From an uncultured delta proteobacterium (GTDB lineage: Bacteria; Desulfobacterota; Binatia; UBA9968): a stretch of DNA of 64,000 nucleotides. The position numbers and the translations under genes were made by a program. Under the pieces are notes generated by a model, which worked only from the letters and a program-made list of their open reading frames with translations, was not told where the DNA came from and searched no databases. Where the stretch lies: the NCBI GenBank assembly GCA_963755715.1, contig CAVWLW010000073.1, positions 32,001-96,000 of the forward strand. Direction: 5' to 3'. Within the stretch, counting starts at the first letter, position 1. The number at the start of each line of letters is the position of its first letter. Below, piece after piece: positions 19,480 to 30,529 of the stretch.

Positions 19480-21956
19480 TTAGCGCTTGAAAAGTCCCTC
19501 CAAGCCGCGCCGAATCTTATCTTCCGTCGAGCTTTTCTTCTTTTTCGTATCACTGTCGTTCGGCGTCTCGTTTTGCTGCGCCGCGGCATCTTTGCCGCCG
19601 CCGAGAAACGCTTTTGCAGATCGTCGGCTCCCTTGCGCATAAAACCGCGCTGAACCAACTGTCCTAGATAGCGCGTGTCGGGTTTGGGCTTCACATTGGG
19701 CATCCGGCCGCTTAACACAAACGGCACTTCAAGCTGCCCCTGATCATTTAAAAGATATTTAGTCTCACGGGCAGATTGGCTGAGATCAGCGGACAAACGT
19801 TGAGAAAAACTGAGCGTAGAGCGAAAATCGACCTTGCGCGTAAAATCCACCCAACCTTCGCCTTGCACCAGGAAATCCGCGGCCGACATGCGCAGGTTCT
19901 TGACGTTGATGCGGCCGTCAGCCACATCAAAATTCGCTTTTAACTCTTTGAATTCTGTGTCCTTCGCCGTAAACGTTTCCGGATATTTCTGGCGCAGCGA
20001 CGGATTGATGATATTCGTGAGGCCGGGCATGCCGGTGATCCCGGTGAGCGCGCCATCGGCGATATTGAAATTGAGTAATGCGCCTTGCAGCACTTCCGCG
20101 TCCCCCTGGCCGCGCAACGCCGGCTTGATCTCCTCCCAATTTTTACCGCTGCCGGAAAGTTTCATGTTCGCGTTCATTTGCCCACGGATATCTCGTTCCG
20201 CTTTCGGATCGAGCGCTGCATAGAGATCCTTGACGTCGATTCCCTGGACTTTCGAGGCGATGGAAAAGCGCGGCACCGCTTCCTTGAAAGAGTACTCGCC
20301 TTCGACCTGCACTGCGCCGCTGAGCGTGTTGACCCGCAGGCTGCGAATATTGGCGACTTTATCGGCCAAAGAAACGGTCGCGTCGAGGCCTTTGTACGGG
20401 ACGTTATAAAGCGTGCCGTCCGCCGAGTTCAATTTTCCTTGGTAAGTCATGTTGCCGTTCGCCATGGCGAATTGGCCTTCGCTCCTCAGATTGCGAATCA
20501 CATCGGCCTTGCGTTCCTCGCCCAGCGACGCGCTGTAATCGGCGGGCCAAAGTTCCGCTGTCGACATCTTGTACGTAAGAGTCAGCGGCGCAAACTTTTG
20601 GATGGCCGCGGCCAACTGAATGCGCGACTTTCCGAGACTCAAGGTCATATCGCTGATATCCGCTTTTTGGCCGGTGAAATTGATTCTCGTGTCGAGATTC
20701 TCGATCGGCTTGGAAAACTCCGGCGGTTTGGCGCTGGCTTTCTTCAAACTCAACACACCCTGAACCTCCGGCACGGCTCCTTTGTCCATCTTGCCGCGCA
20801 CTTTGGCTTGAAGCTCCAATGTGCCTGCGAGTTGATAGCTCGCGATCGCCGGAACGATTTTATCCCAACCTTCGAGAGAAGCTGGTTTGGAATCAACGGA
20901 GAGATTAAGGAACGCGCCGTTGCCGAATTGAATATCTCCCGCGGTAGCCAAGTCCAGCGTGTGAAGCCTAAGTTGGCCTTTGCGAATAGTAAGCTTGTCG
21001 CCAGCGTAGCGGGCATCGGCGGTGAGCGTTAGCGGCATGCCGGCGGGCTTTTGAAATGTTTTGCCATAACGCACCGCCCCTTCCGTGCCTTCAATCTTGC
21101 CGTTCACCGCCAGATCCTTCAGCGTGCCGTTGAACTTTAAATCCTTAACGCGAAACACGCCGGTCAAATCGATGTCCTTGCCCAGAGCGCTTTTCAACTT
21201 CGGCGCCGCGGCGTTGAGGCGGGTCGCATCGAATGGATCGATGTCGAGCTCGCCGTTCAAAGGCACCTGCGTAAAATCGCCGTCCGGACGGAGCGGGCCG
21301 ACTTTGCTGGTTAATTTTAAATTCTGCTTACCGGCATAGACGGCGGCGGCAAGCTTGACCGAGAAGGCCCGATTAAAATCGAAATCTTCCACCTTCAAAT
21401 CGATTTGCTGCAGGCGCAAGTCGGTACCGTCTTTGCGGTCGAGGTAATGAATATCACCGCCGGAAAGATCGACCAGGGAAACCAACCATGCCGGCTGGCC
21501 CGGTTCTTTGGCTGGGGCTTCTTTTTTCTGTTTTGCCGGAGTCTCTTTCTTTTCCTTGGCGCCTTTCCCGATGGTGGAAAAATTGAATTTGCCATCGGCG
21601 TTACGAACGATCTGAATCACTGGATCGTGAAGAATGACTCTCTTGACCTGGACTTCCTTTCTAAGCAACGGCCAAAACCGGAGATTGACCTGGAGATCTT
21701 TGGCGCGGACAAATTCGCCCGACGAATAGGCCGGATCGTCGCTCATAGTAAAATCCGCAATTCTCGCGCCGAGGCCGCTCCACAGCGTTGCCTGCACCTC
21801 GCCCATCGAGACCTTTCTTCCAAGCGCGTCCTCGGCTTGCGCGATCAAGTAGCCTTTATTGCGCGCGATCAACGAATTGATATTGAGCAATAGCAGGAAC
21901 CCGACGACCACCGTGATCACTACAATGGCGCCGGCGACGATGATCCATTTACGCAT
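19480..21956 (-). CDS. AsmA family protein (frameshift near 19600)
   Basis: N-terminal TM anchor, LGRKVS, RNADGKFNFSTI, beta-rich body, AsmA-type C-terminus; the natural end RRGLEGLFKR* is in another frame. Confidence 0.88.
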
Positions 21957-22226
21957 CAACCCTCCTGACAATACAAAATGCGTTCTCTTCGACGCCCACG
22001 GTGGAAAATTGGATACCAAAGCGGAGGTTTGAAATACCGTCGGGGATCGAAAATGACAGTATAATATCTTCCGAGAAAAAGAGTAGCGGGATCGCCGTCG
22101 GCCCGCAACAGTGACGTAGCGCGTTCCGCTCAGCCGCGGGCGCTCGGTCGCAACGGCGTCTCAAAAAATCAACTGATAAAAGCTCGCAAAAAAACTAATC
22201 GAGCCCACTGCCTTGCAGGGCGGATC

Positions 22227-23058
22227 TTAGCCGCCCTCTGCGGATTGTGCCGGCCTAGCCGTGAGAATCGGCCGACGCCTCACCTCGATGAGACCCGGGG
22301 AAGGGCGTCCGATATGAATATGCGGCCCGGTGGCCATGTTGCGTACTGCGCGACGAAAGGCAATAAAAGGTATGCCGCTCCGATGCAGATACGCCATTAG
22401 GCTGCGGCCTTCCTCACTATCCGGCGCTATCGGGACGTCAACAGCGCCGCGATGATCGAGGCTCATGCGCTCATGAGTCGAGGTCTGCCCGAAGGCGCTG
22501 ATCGGCAGCGAGCGACCGAAACGCGCTAGAAAGAATTGGGCAATTTTTTTCGTGTCGGCAAGCGACCAGGGGCCAGCGCCGTTGTAGCACATGTAAGAAG
22601 CCGTCTCGTCGTAACCTCCCAGAGGCAACTCCGCAAGTCGCTCGGATTCTTCTTCAGCCGCTTCCGGCGTCAGTGCCAAAGCGATGTCGTCTTCGCTGAT
22701 CCGCTGCTGTATCTGCGCCATCGCCTGCCGTGTCTCAGCTAATCGCTGCTCGCTCTTGTCTACGTCCAGCCGGGAAATCGCATTTTCCTCGTATAGTTTC
22801 TTTTTCATTTCGTAATCCGCGACTTGGTTTTGCAATTCGCTCTCGTATTGCGGCAAAGAGTCGCGGAGGTTTTGTCGCGAAAGGTTCGTGCACTCAATGA
22901 GCTGCGCTCGCGTCGCTGCCAATTTATTCTGCGACGATGTGACTTGCGCTGAGCGGGTGCTGCGGACGGGCTTTTTTTGTTTGGCGTCTGCGCCTAGGCT
23001 CACGGTCGAATAAAAGACAACGAGTCCGGTTAGAATCCAAAGATGTGCTCAGCTTCAT
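22227..23058 (-). CDS. Secreted coiled-coil protein with C-terminal M15/Hedgehog-like Zn-peptidase-type domain (frameshift in signal peptide near 23040)
   Basis: Coiled-coil region followed by FGRSLPISAFGQTSTH, DHRGAVDV and GPHIHIG. Confidence 0.6.
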
Positions 23059-23205
23059 AACCGTCCGGTCGAAGCGATAGGCGCATGCGTTATGTTCTCC
23101 GGGATTCGAGTTTAGTCGACAAAGAGAAGAGAACGATGCCGCGTTATCCTGGAGGTTTGAGCATGAACACAACAAAATATATGCCAAACATTCACTTGTT
23201 TTCTT

Positions 23206-23454
23206 TTACGATTGTTTATCGTAGTGGATGCGTACGAGACCGATCAGTATATCCTTCACCAGAGCCAGCTTCAGTCGGTTTTTTTCAGACAACGACTGGA
23301 GAGCACAGTAAACGTCATCGATCTGTTGGAGCAGGAAGCAACAGAGGAAACGCTCGGCGTCGGTCAGCGTATTTTCGCGTCCATCGAACTTTCTTAGCAG
23401 AGGTTTAGGAGAGAGTGGATGAAGGACTTGCGCAAGAGTGCTCGCAGCGTTCAC
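23206..23454 (-). CDS. Small hypothetical protein
   Basis: 82 aa ORF with no recognisable motif. Confidence 0.3.
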   Translation of the reverse strand: MNAASTLAQVLHPLSPKPLLRKFDGRENTLTDAERFLCCFLLQQIDDVYCALQSLSEKNRLKLALVKDILIGLVRIHYDKQS

Positions 23455-23522
23455 GATGACTGAGATTCGGCTAATCTCTCACTCGCCGCTCGGCACGACC
23501 GTGCGACCGCGACTCTTGCACT

Positions 23523-23670
23523 TTATAATAAGATGATATGCGCGGCGCTTATGAGGGATTCTTTGTCCAAGCCATCGTTGGGATACACGGCGACGCCGAT
23601 GCTCGCGGTTATTACCGGTCCGTCGCGGTCATCGGCGAGTCGGTGCGAAATCCGCCCGGCGACTCGATGA
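23523..23670 (-). pseudogene. C-terminal fragment of a GGDEF (diguanylate cyclase) domain
   Basis: Manual translation HRVAGRISHRLADDRDGPVITASIGVAVYPNDGLDKESLISAA; the upstream part containing the GGDEF motif is absent. Confidence 0.7.
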
Positions 23671-23788
23671 CTAGATTAGCCAAAAAAAGCGTCAATTTTA
23701 GCCATTGTAGCTAGGCCAAAATGTTAGCAGCTCAAGGGGCGGCAAGTGGGCCTAACATGGCTGTTTAGGCGCGGTGGTTTGAATCGTC

Positions 23789-24163
23789 CTAAAACGGCTG
23801 GAACAGTTCGATCGGATTGCCCGAAGGATCTTCGACTAAGATTTGCTTGCCGCCGTTGCCGGTGACGATTTCGTTACGGAAGCGCGCTCCCGTCTTTTTT
23901 AATTTCTCGACCGTCGCCGCCAAATCCTCGACTTCAATCTGGATGCGATTCCAACCGCCCGGAACGGGACTTTTGCCGTCTGGCATGGTTTGTCCGGCGC
24001 CACCGGCGCCGGGCCGGTTGAGCAATAACTGCAAGTCGCCGCGCGACATGCTCGCGAAGCCCGGCGCTGGATGCATGTCGAGCTTGAAGCCGAGAATATC
24101 GGCATAGAAGGGAATCGCCCGATCGACGTCATCGACAATGTATCGAACATTGACCTTGCCCAT
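23789..24163 (-). CDS. VOC/glyoxalase family protein
   Basis: VRYIVDDVDRAIPFY and VEDPSGNPIELF motifs; GGAGG RBS. Confidence 0.92.
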   Translation of the reverse strand: MGKVNVRYIVDDVDRAIPFYADILGFKLDMHPAPGFASMSRGDLQLLLNRPGAGGAGQTMPDGKSPVPGGWNRIQIEVEDLAATVEKLKKTGARFRNEIVTGNGGKQILVEDPSGNPIELFQPF

Positions 24164-24273
24164 GATTGTTTCACCTCCAAAAATAAATTTCCGGCACGAC
24201 AAATGAAGAATCCGGCAACCATTTCGCGTGCCTCGAATTCGAGGAAAGAAGCGCACTGCGACGCTCGGCTTTT

Positions 24274-25653
24274 TTACTGCAACGGCCGTAGCCCTTGCAG
24301 CAACGTCGGCAGCAATTCAGACACGGTCGGGTGGATGTGCATCGCCCGGCTCACGGTCGTATAAGGTGCTTTGGCGTACATGACATCGAGCAGGACGTGA
24401 ACCACTTCATCGCCGGTGACGCCCAGGATCGCCGCGCCGAGGATCGCCTTCGTTTGTGCATCGACGATGACCTTCATGAAGCCCTGAGTCTCACCCTTCT
24501 CGACCGCTCGGCTGACGTTGGCCATGGCACGAGTGGCGACCAGCGCCTGGCGCCCCGAAGCTCGGACTTCCGCTTCGGTCATGCCGGCGCGGCCGAGCGG
24601 CGGATCGATGAAAAGCGCGTAGGTCATGATCCGGTCGGTGACTTTGCGTGGATCGTTGTCGAGAAGATTCGCCGCGACGATCTCATAATCGTTGTACGCC
24701 GTGTGCGTGAACGCGCCTTTGCGGTTGCAGTCGCCGAGCGCCCAGATGCCGGAAACATTCGTGCGCAGTTGATCGTCGACCTTGATATAGCCGGCGCTGT
24801 CGGTTTCCACACCGGCTTTGTCCAAGCCCAAATCCACGGTATTCGGCACTCGCCCGACAGCGAGCAACAAGTGCGAACCTATCACTTGCCGGCTCTCCTC
24901 GGCGCAATCGAGACCGACAACAATCCGCTCGTTTTGCCGGCCCGTGGTGATGCATTCGGCGTTCAAGCGAATCGTGATGCCTTCTGCTTCCAGGATTTTT
25001 TGCACCGCCGCGGAAACATCTTCGTCTTCGCGCGAAATCAGGCGCGACGCTTTTTCGACGATCGTGACCTGAGCGCCGAAACGCCGGTACATCTGCGCGA
25101 ATTCCAGGCCGATATAGCTGCCGCCGACGATGATCAAATGCTCCGGCAAAAAATCCACGTCCATCATGCTCGAATTCGTGAGGTAACGCACCTCATTTAA
25201 GCCGGGCAACGGTGGGATAAACGCGCGACCGCCGACGTTGATGAAAATTTTTTCCGCTTCCAGGACCTCGTCGTTTACGCGCACGATGCGCGGGCCTTCG
25301 AAACGCGCATGGCCGAGATATACGGTGCCGTTTTTAAGACCGCGCATCCAACCCTCCACCCCCTTGTTCGAACGGCCGGAGATTTCATCCTTGCGCGCTT
25401 TGACTCTTTTCATGTCGACGCCGATATTTCCGTCGATCGCCACGCCATACTCGGCGGCGCGCCGCGCCAGATACGCGGCATAGGCGCTCGCCACCAAGGT
25501 CTTGGTCGGGATGCATCCGGTGTTGACGCACGTGCCGCCGAAATGTTTGCGCTCGACGACCGCCACTCTCATGCCCGCCGTCGACAAACGCGCGGCCAGC
25601 GCCGGCCCGGCTTGGCCGGTGCCGATCACAATCGCATCGAACCGTACGGTCAT
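24274..25653 (-). CDS. FAD-dependent pyridine nucleotide-disulfide oxidoreductase (MerA/Lpd/RclA-like)
   Basis: GTGQAG, GGTCVNTGCIPTK, GGSYIGLE, HPTVSE. No C-terminal Cys-Cys pair, so it is not a true MerA. Confidence 0.92.
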   Translation of the reverse strand: MTVRFDAIVIGTGQAGPALAARLSTAGMRVAVVERKHFGGTCVNTGCIPTKTLVASAYAAYLARRAAEYGVAIDGNIGVDMKRVKARKDEISGRSNKGVEGWMRGLKNGTVYLGHARFEGPRIVRVNDEVLEAEKIFINVGGRAFIPPLPGLNEVRYLTNSSMMDVDFLPEHLIIVGGSYIGLEFAQMYRRFGAQVTIVEKASRLISREDEDVSAAVQKILEAEGITIRLNAECITTGRQNERIVVGLDCAEESRQVIGSHLLLAVGRVPNTVDLGLDKAGVETDSAGYIKVDDQLRTNVSGIWALGDCNRKGAFTHTAYNDYEIVAANLLDNDPRKVTDRIMTYALFIDPPLGRAGMTEAEVRASGRQALVATRAMANVSRAVEKGETQGFMKVIVDAQTKAILGAAILGVTGDEVVHVLLDVMYAKAPYTTVSRAMHIHPTVSELLPTLLQGLRPLQ

Positions 25654-25937
25654 AGTTTCCCCCCATGCGCCCTCGGCCTAGTCTAATACGACCGTTTAGT
25701 CGAAAGTTCGACGCTTTAGACGACCTTTCTCTTTCGTGTGAGATTCCCGATCGTCGTGCGCCAGTTAGTTTTGATTCTAGCTTATCTCGGCGCAAGTTGA
25801 AGAGCCGGGCGCAAAGAAGGCTAAAAGAGATGAAATCTTCCATTCCATGCAGGGTAATCCCTGCACTGAGCAAACTTTCTTCCGTGTCATTGTGAAACAA
25901 ATTGTGGAAAATCAATCAAATAATCTTTTGCCTTGCG

Positions 25938-25952
25938 TGGCATCAATGTTGC
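25938..25952 (+). promoter_or_regulatory. Sigma-54 (-24/-12) promoter of the glycan operon
   Basis: TGGCAT-CAATG-TTGC has the exact consensus spacing, is preceded by an AT-rich tract and lies about 65 nt before the first gene. Confidence 0.75.
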
Positions 25953-26015
25953 GCTCTCCCTTGGCATTTCGGCCATAAACATCGATTTCTCGATTACCTG
26001 TCCTAAATCTGCAGA

Positions 26016-28706
26016 GTGGAAGGGAGCCTATTCATTGTGAATTTGCCTACGCCGTCATACATCGAGCTATATCGTGCGCGGTTTGGTGAGTTGGATCTGG
26101 ATGAGTCGGATAAGGTTCCTAAACAGAAGCGCGTTATAAACGACGGCGAAATATTTTTAAGAAGCAATGGAACTTCACCTTTAGCTAAGAAAATTCCGAC
26201 GCATCTCAACTCATCCCCCGGTAAAATTCAACGGCCGCATGTCGGCGGTAAATTCTTATTCGTCGGCAACGAAAAATTTTGGGTGCGAGGAGTCACCTAC
26301 GGAGCATTCAGACCGGGTCCAAACGGTCAGGAGTATCATGACCCAACGGTTCTGGAGAGAGACTTTTCTCTGATGGCCGCGAACGGACTCAATGCAGTCC
26401 GTATTCCACATACGATGCCGCCGCGGGAGCTTCTCGACATCGCTCAAAAACATGGCCTTCGTGTCATGGTCGGGTTATCTGCAGAACAGTATGCGGGCTT
26501 TTTGATTGACCGAAAAGGTGCTCCTGACGTTGAAGAATTGGTGCGCGCAAAAGTGCGTTCCTGTGCAGGACATCCTGCGCTTCTTTGTTATGCGCTTGGG
26601 AATGAGATCGCCGCACCTGTCGTTCGGTGGCTGGGCCGCGGACGAGTAGAGAGTTATCTCGAGAGCCTGTACTGGGCGGTGAAAGCAGAAGACCCGAACG
26701 CCCTCGTCACTTACGTAAATTATCCTACAACCGAATACCTTCATCTTCCTTTCTTAGATCTCGTGACTTTCAACGTTTACCTTGAATCGGAGAACCAGCT
26801 TGACGGCTACTTGGCCCGACTCCATAATATTGCCGGAGATCGACCCCTGCTGATGAGCGAGATCGGTCTCGACAGTCTTAGAAATGGCGAGACAACGCAG
26901 GCGCAGGCACTCGAGTGGCAACTCCGCAGTACCTTCGCGCCGGGCTGTGCAGGGGCCTTCATATTTTCGTGGACTGATGAGTGGCACAGGGCGGGTGCCG
27001 AAGTCGAAGACTGGGCATTTGGCATCACCGCTCGTGATCGTCGTCCCAAACCCGCTCTCAAAGCGGTCCGGGAGGCATTCACCAAGGTCCCCTTCGCAAA
27101 GGAACTCCACTGGCCGAAGGTTTCTGTCATCGTATGTACCTTTAACGGCAGCCGCACTCTCTCTGAATGTTTGGAAAGTTTGCTAAGGCTTGAGTATCCT
27201 AACTACGAAGTAATCGTGGTGAACGATGGTTCGACGGATGCTACTGCAAAGATTGCCCATAGCTATGGCTTTCGAGTGATAACAACCGAAAATCGCGGAC
27301 TCTCTTCCGCGCGCAATACGGGACTCAATGCAGCTACGGGAGAAATCGTCGCGTATATTGACGATGATGCCTACCCCGACCCGCACTGGTTAAAATATAT
27401 TGCCAGTGCGTTCATGAATTCGAAACATGTTGGAGTCGGCGGTCCGAACATCGCACCGCCCAATGATGGACCTATTGCCGAGTGCGTCGCCCATTCCCCG
27501 GGAAACCCGGTGCACATTCTGCTGTCCGACACTGAGGCCGAACATATTCCCGGATGCAATATGGCCTTTCGCAAAACCGCTCTGGAAGCCATTGGCGGAT
27601 TCGATCCGCAATTTCGCATTGCCGGAGACGATGTGGACGTTTGCTGGCGCCTGCAGCAAAAAGGGTGGACTCTAGGATACAGCCCAGGAGCAATGGTTTG
27701 GCACCACCGGCGTAATTCGATTCGAGCCTATTGGAAGCAGCAGCGCAATTACGGCAAAGCGGAATCGTTTTTGGAGAAAAAATGGCCGGAGAAGTACAAT
27801 CTCGCGGGCCATGTCACGTGGGCGGGCCGAGTCTACGGGAATGGCCACCAATATAAGGCATGGAGCCAAGGACGGATTTATCATGGCGTGTGGGGCAGCG
27901 CGCCCTTCCAGTCTATTTACCAATCACCGGCCGGGGCCTTAGAATCTTGGTTGTCCATGCCCGAATGGTACTTGGCCGTCGCCGCGCTTCTTCCGATTGT
28001 TGCGCTCGGCTTCCTCTGGTTTCCCTTATTCTATGCTCTGCCGTTCCTGGCGTTAGTGCTTTACGCACCGATTTTCCAAGCCGTGATTAGTTCGTCACGA
28101 GTCGGCTTTTCAGCCGCGCGAAGATCTCCCTTTGACTGGGTTAAACTGCGCAGCGTCACGGCACTGCTGCATTTACTCCAACCTCTGGCGCGCCTAAGCG
28201 GACGCCTGCGTTCCGGACTCACTTTCTGGAGATACAAGGCATCCGGCTTTGTGATGCCCTGGCCGCGGAAATTTGCCGTTTGGACCGAGCATTGGCGCGA
28301 TCCCAATGAAAGATTGAAATCTTTCGAAGCGGATTTGCGCAAGGCGGGGGTTTACGTTCGGCGAGGCGGAGATTACGATCGATGGGACTTGGAAGTGCGT
28401 GCCGGGTTGCTTGGCTTTGCGCGCTTGCTCATGGCGGTGGAGGATCACGGTGCCGGTAACCAATTTGTCCGAGTTCGGCTCTGGCCTAAGTGTTCACTGC
28501 TGGAGCTTCTTCTTCCCTTTTTATCCATTTCCCTTTCCGCTGCGGCAGCGCTTGATAACGCATGGGTGGCTTCCGCTATCCTAGGTCTGTTGAGCGTTTT
28601 TCTAACGATATACAGTCTGCGTGGTTGCGGGAGCGCCATTGCCGCAATCCTTCGCACCTTCCAGCATTCGGATGCCATTCATGACAGACAAAAAGAAATA
28701 CAATAG
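26016..28706 (+). CDS. Fusion of a GH2-like TIM-barrel glycoside hydrolase, a GT2 glycosyltransferase and a C-terminal membrane domain
   Basis: RGVTYG, GNE (acid/base), SEIG (nucleophile), FSWTDEW; then VSVIVCTFN, VNDGSTD, YIDDDA, GDDVD; C-terminal TM helices. Confidence 0.9.
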   Translation: MEGSLFIVNLPTPSYIELYRARFGELDLDESDKVPKQKRVINDGEIFLRSNGTSPLAKKIPTHLNSSPGKIQRPHVGGKFLFVGNEKFWVRGVTYGAFRPGPNGQEYHDPTVLERDFSLMAANGLNAVRIPHTMPPRELLDIAQKHGLRVMVGLSAEQYAGFLIDRKGAPDVEELVRAKVRSCAGHPALLCYALGNEIAAPVVRWLGRGRVESYLESLYWAVKAEDPNALVTYVNYPTTEYLHLPFLDLVTFNVYLESENQLDGYLARLHNIAGDRPLLMSEIGLDSLRNGETTQAQALEWQLRSTFAPGCAGAFIFSWTDEWHRAGAEVEDWAFGITARDRRPKPALKAVREAFTKVPFAKELHWPKVSVIVCTFNGSRTLSECLESLLRLEYPNYEVIVVNDGSTDATAKIAHSYGFRVITTENRGLSSARNTGLNAATGEIVAYIDDDAYPDPHWLKYIASAFMNSKHVGVGGPNIAPPNDGPIAECVAHSPGNPVHILLSDTEAEHIPGCNMAFRKTALEAIGGFDPQFRIAGDDVDVCWRLQQKGWTLGYSPGAMVWHHRRNSIRAYWKQQRNYGKAESFLEKKWPEKYNLAGHVTWAGRVYGNGHQYKAWSQGRIYHGVWGSAPFQSIYQSPAGALESWLSMPEWYLAVAALLPIVALGFLWFPLFYALPFLALVLYAPIFQAVISSSRVGFSAARRSPFDWVKLRSVTALLHLLQPLARLSGRLRSGLTFWRYKASGFVMPWPRKFAVWTEHWRDPNERLKSFEADLRKAGVYVRRGGDYDRWDLEVRAGLLGFARLLMAVEDHGAGNQFVRVRLWPKCSLLELLLPFLSISLSAAAALDNAWVASAILGLLSVFLTIYSLRGCGSAIAAILRTFQHSDAIHDRQKEIQ

Positions 28707-30502
28707 TTTTGAGCTTTACCGGCGGCTATTACTTGAAGTAAGGCCTTATTACACGCACATAGGGGCGATTCTATTGATCACCTTGTTATCGCCCCCCCTC
28801 GCTCTGCTGATCCCATTGCCTTTGAAAATTGCGGTCGATAGCGTCATTGGCTCCCGTCCAATACCAGCGTTTCTACAGCAAGTAATACCTGAGGCTGTCA
28901 CCGGGTCTCCTAATGGCATGGTGACGTTCGTCGTGGCTCTAATGATGCTCGTTGCCCTTCTCGGCGGACTCCAACGGGTCGCTAGTACGTTGTTGCGCAC
29001 CTATACTGGCGAAAAGTTAACATTAGCATTCCGAAACAAACTGTTTCGCCACGTCCAGCGGCTTTCGGTCTCATATCACGATACGAGAGGAACAACTGAT
29101 TCCACCTATCGCATCCAGTATGATGCTCCTGCGATTCAATGGATAGCCGTCGATGGTTTGATACCTTTTGTCGCTTCAGCATTGACTGTCGCCGGGATGA
29201 TTTACATTATCGCCCTGCTCGACTCGCAGTTAGCGCTGGTTGCGATCGCAGTTACACCAGTTTTATACCTTGGCGCGCGAACGTTTAATTCGCGGCTTCG
29301 CAACCAGTGGGGCGATATTATGCACTTGGAAAGTTCCGCTTTTTCCGTAGTGCAAGAAGCCCTAAGTGCCTTGCGCGTGGTTAAAGCCTTCGGTCAAGAA
29401 GAGCGAGAACAAGAGCGTTTTGTTCGTCACTCTAGCGAGAGCTTTTCTAGCACGAGTTCGGGCTGCATGGTCAGAAGGGGCTTTCGATCTTCTGATTGGA
29501 ACTACTACGGCAGCCGGAACAGCTGCAGTCTTATTTTTGGGTCTGCGACATGTCCAGTCAGGGAGCTTAACACTCGGCGAGTTGATGATGGTCATGTCCT
29601 ACCTGGCACAGCTATTCGGACCCTTGGCGTCACTTAGCGAGATGACGGCACGTGCGCAACGCTCACTTGCCAGTGCGGAGCGCGCATTCGCGCTTTTGGA
29701 TGAAGCCCCTGACGTCGTTGAAAATAAAAATGGAGTGCCGATATCTCATGCGAGCGGAGCGATAACCTTCCAGGACGTTTGCTTTGCCTATAACGGCGAG
29801 AGTCCGGTGTTGAGTGACATCTCGTTCGCAATCAAGCCTGGCACTCGAGTCGGTATCATGGGTATGACCGGCGGAGGAAAGTCAACGCTGGTTAGTTTGT
29901 TGACCCGATTCCACGACCCGACTCAAGGCCAAATCCTGCTCGATGGTGTTAATCTTCGGGATTACAAGCTAGGGGAGCTTCGCAATCAGTTCGGCATCGT
30001 CCTTCAAGAATCCATACTTTTTTCGACCAGCATCGGCGAGAACATTGCCTATGCACGTCCCGGTGCCTCGCAAGATGAAATCGTTGAGGCTGCAAAAGCC
30101 GCTAAAGCGCATGAGTTTATAGCTCGGCTTCCGCACGGCTATGGTACGATGGTGGGTGAGCGTGGAATGCAATTATCCGGCGGACAGCGCCAGCGGATTG
30201 CGCTCGCACGGGCTTTTCTGAAGAATGCTCCCATTCTCATCCTCGATGAGCCGACAAGCTCCATCGATATAAAAACAGAAAGAGAAATTATCGAGGTGAT
30301 GGAGCGTCTTAGCATTGGGCGCACCGTCTTTATCATCGCCCATCGCTTGTCTACCTTGAAACACTGCGATCTACTCCTTGGCATTGAACATGGCCAAGTC
30401 GCCTTTATCCGGTCCGACGTTTCAAAGGCCATAGGAGATCCCTCCGTTTTCGTGGCACCTCACACGTACCCTTTATCTCGAGAAGAGAAATTTGGAGGGT
30501 AA
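28681..30502 (+). CDS. ABC transporter permease/ATP-binding protein, MsbA-like exporter (frameshift near 29445)
   Basis: TM domain, then GMTGGGKST Walker A, LSGGQRQR signature, ILDEPTS Walker B; overlaps the upstream stop codon. Confidence 0.92.
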
Positions 30503-30529
30503 GCCTCATCTTCGGGTTAAGCCGCTCAC

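Noticed and set aside
22075-22165. yybP-ykoY or NiCo riboswitch (GAGTAGC, GCAACAG)
   Set aside because: Only isolated words match, and there is no metal-transport gene downstream on that strand.
24274-25653. Mercuric reductase merA
   Set aside because: No C-terminal Cys-Cys pair, no NmerA domain and no mer genes nearby.
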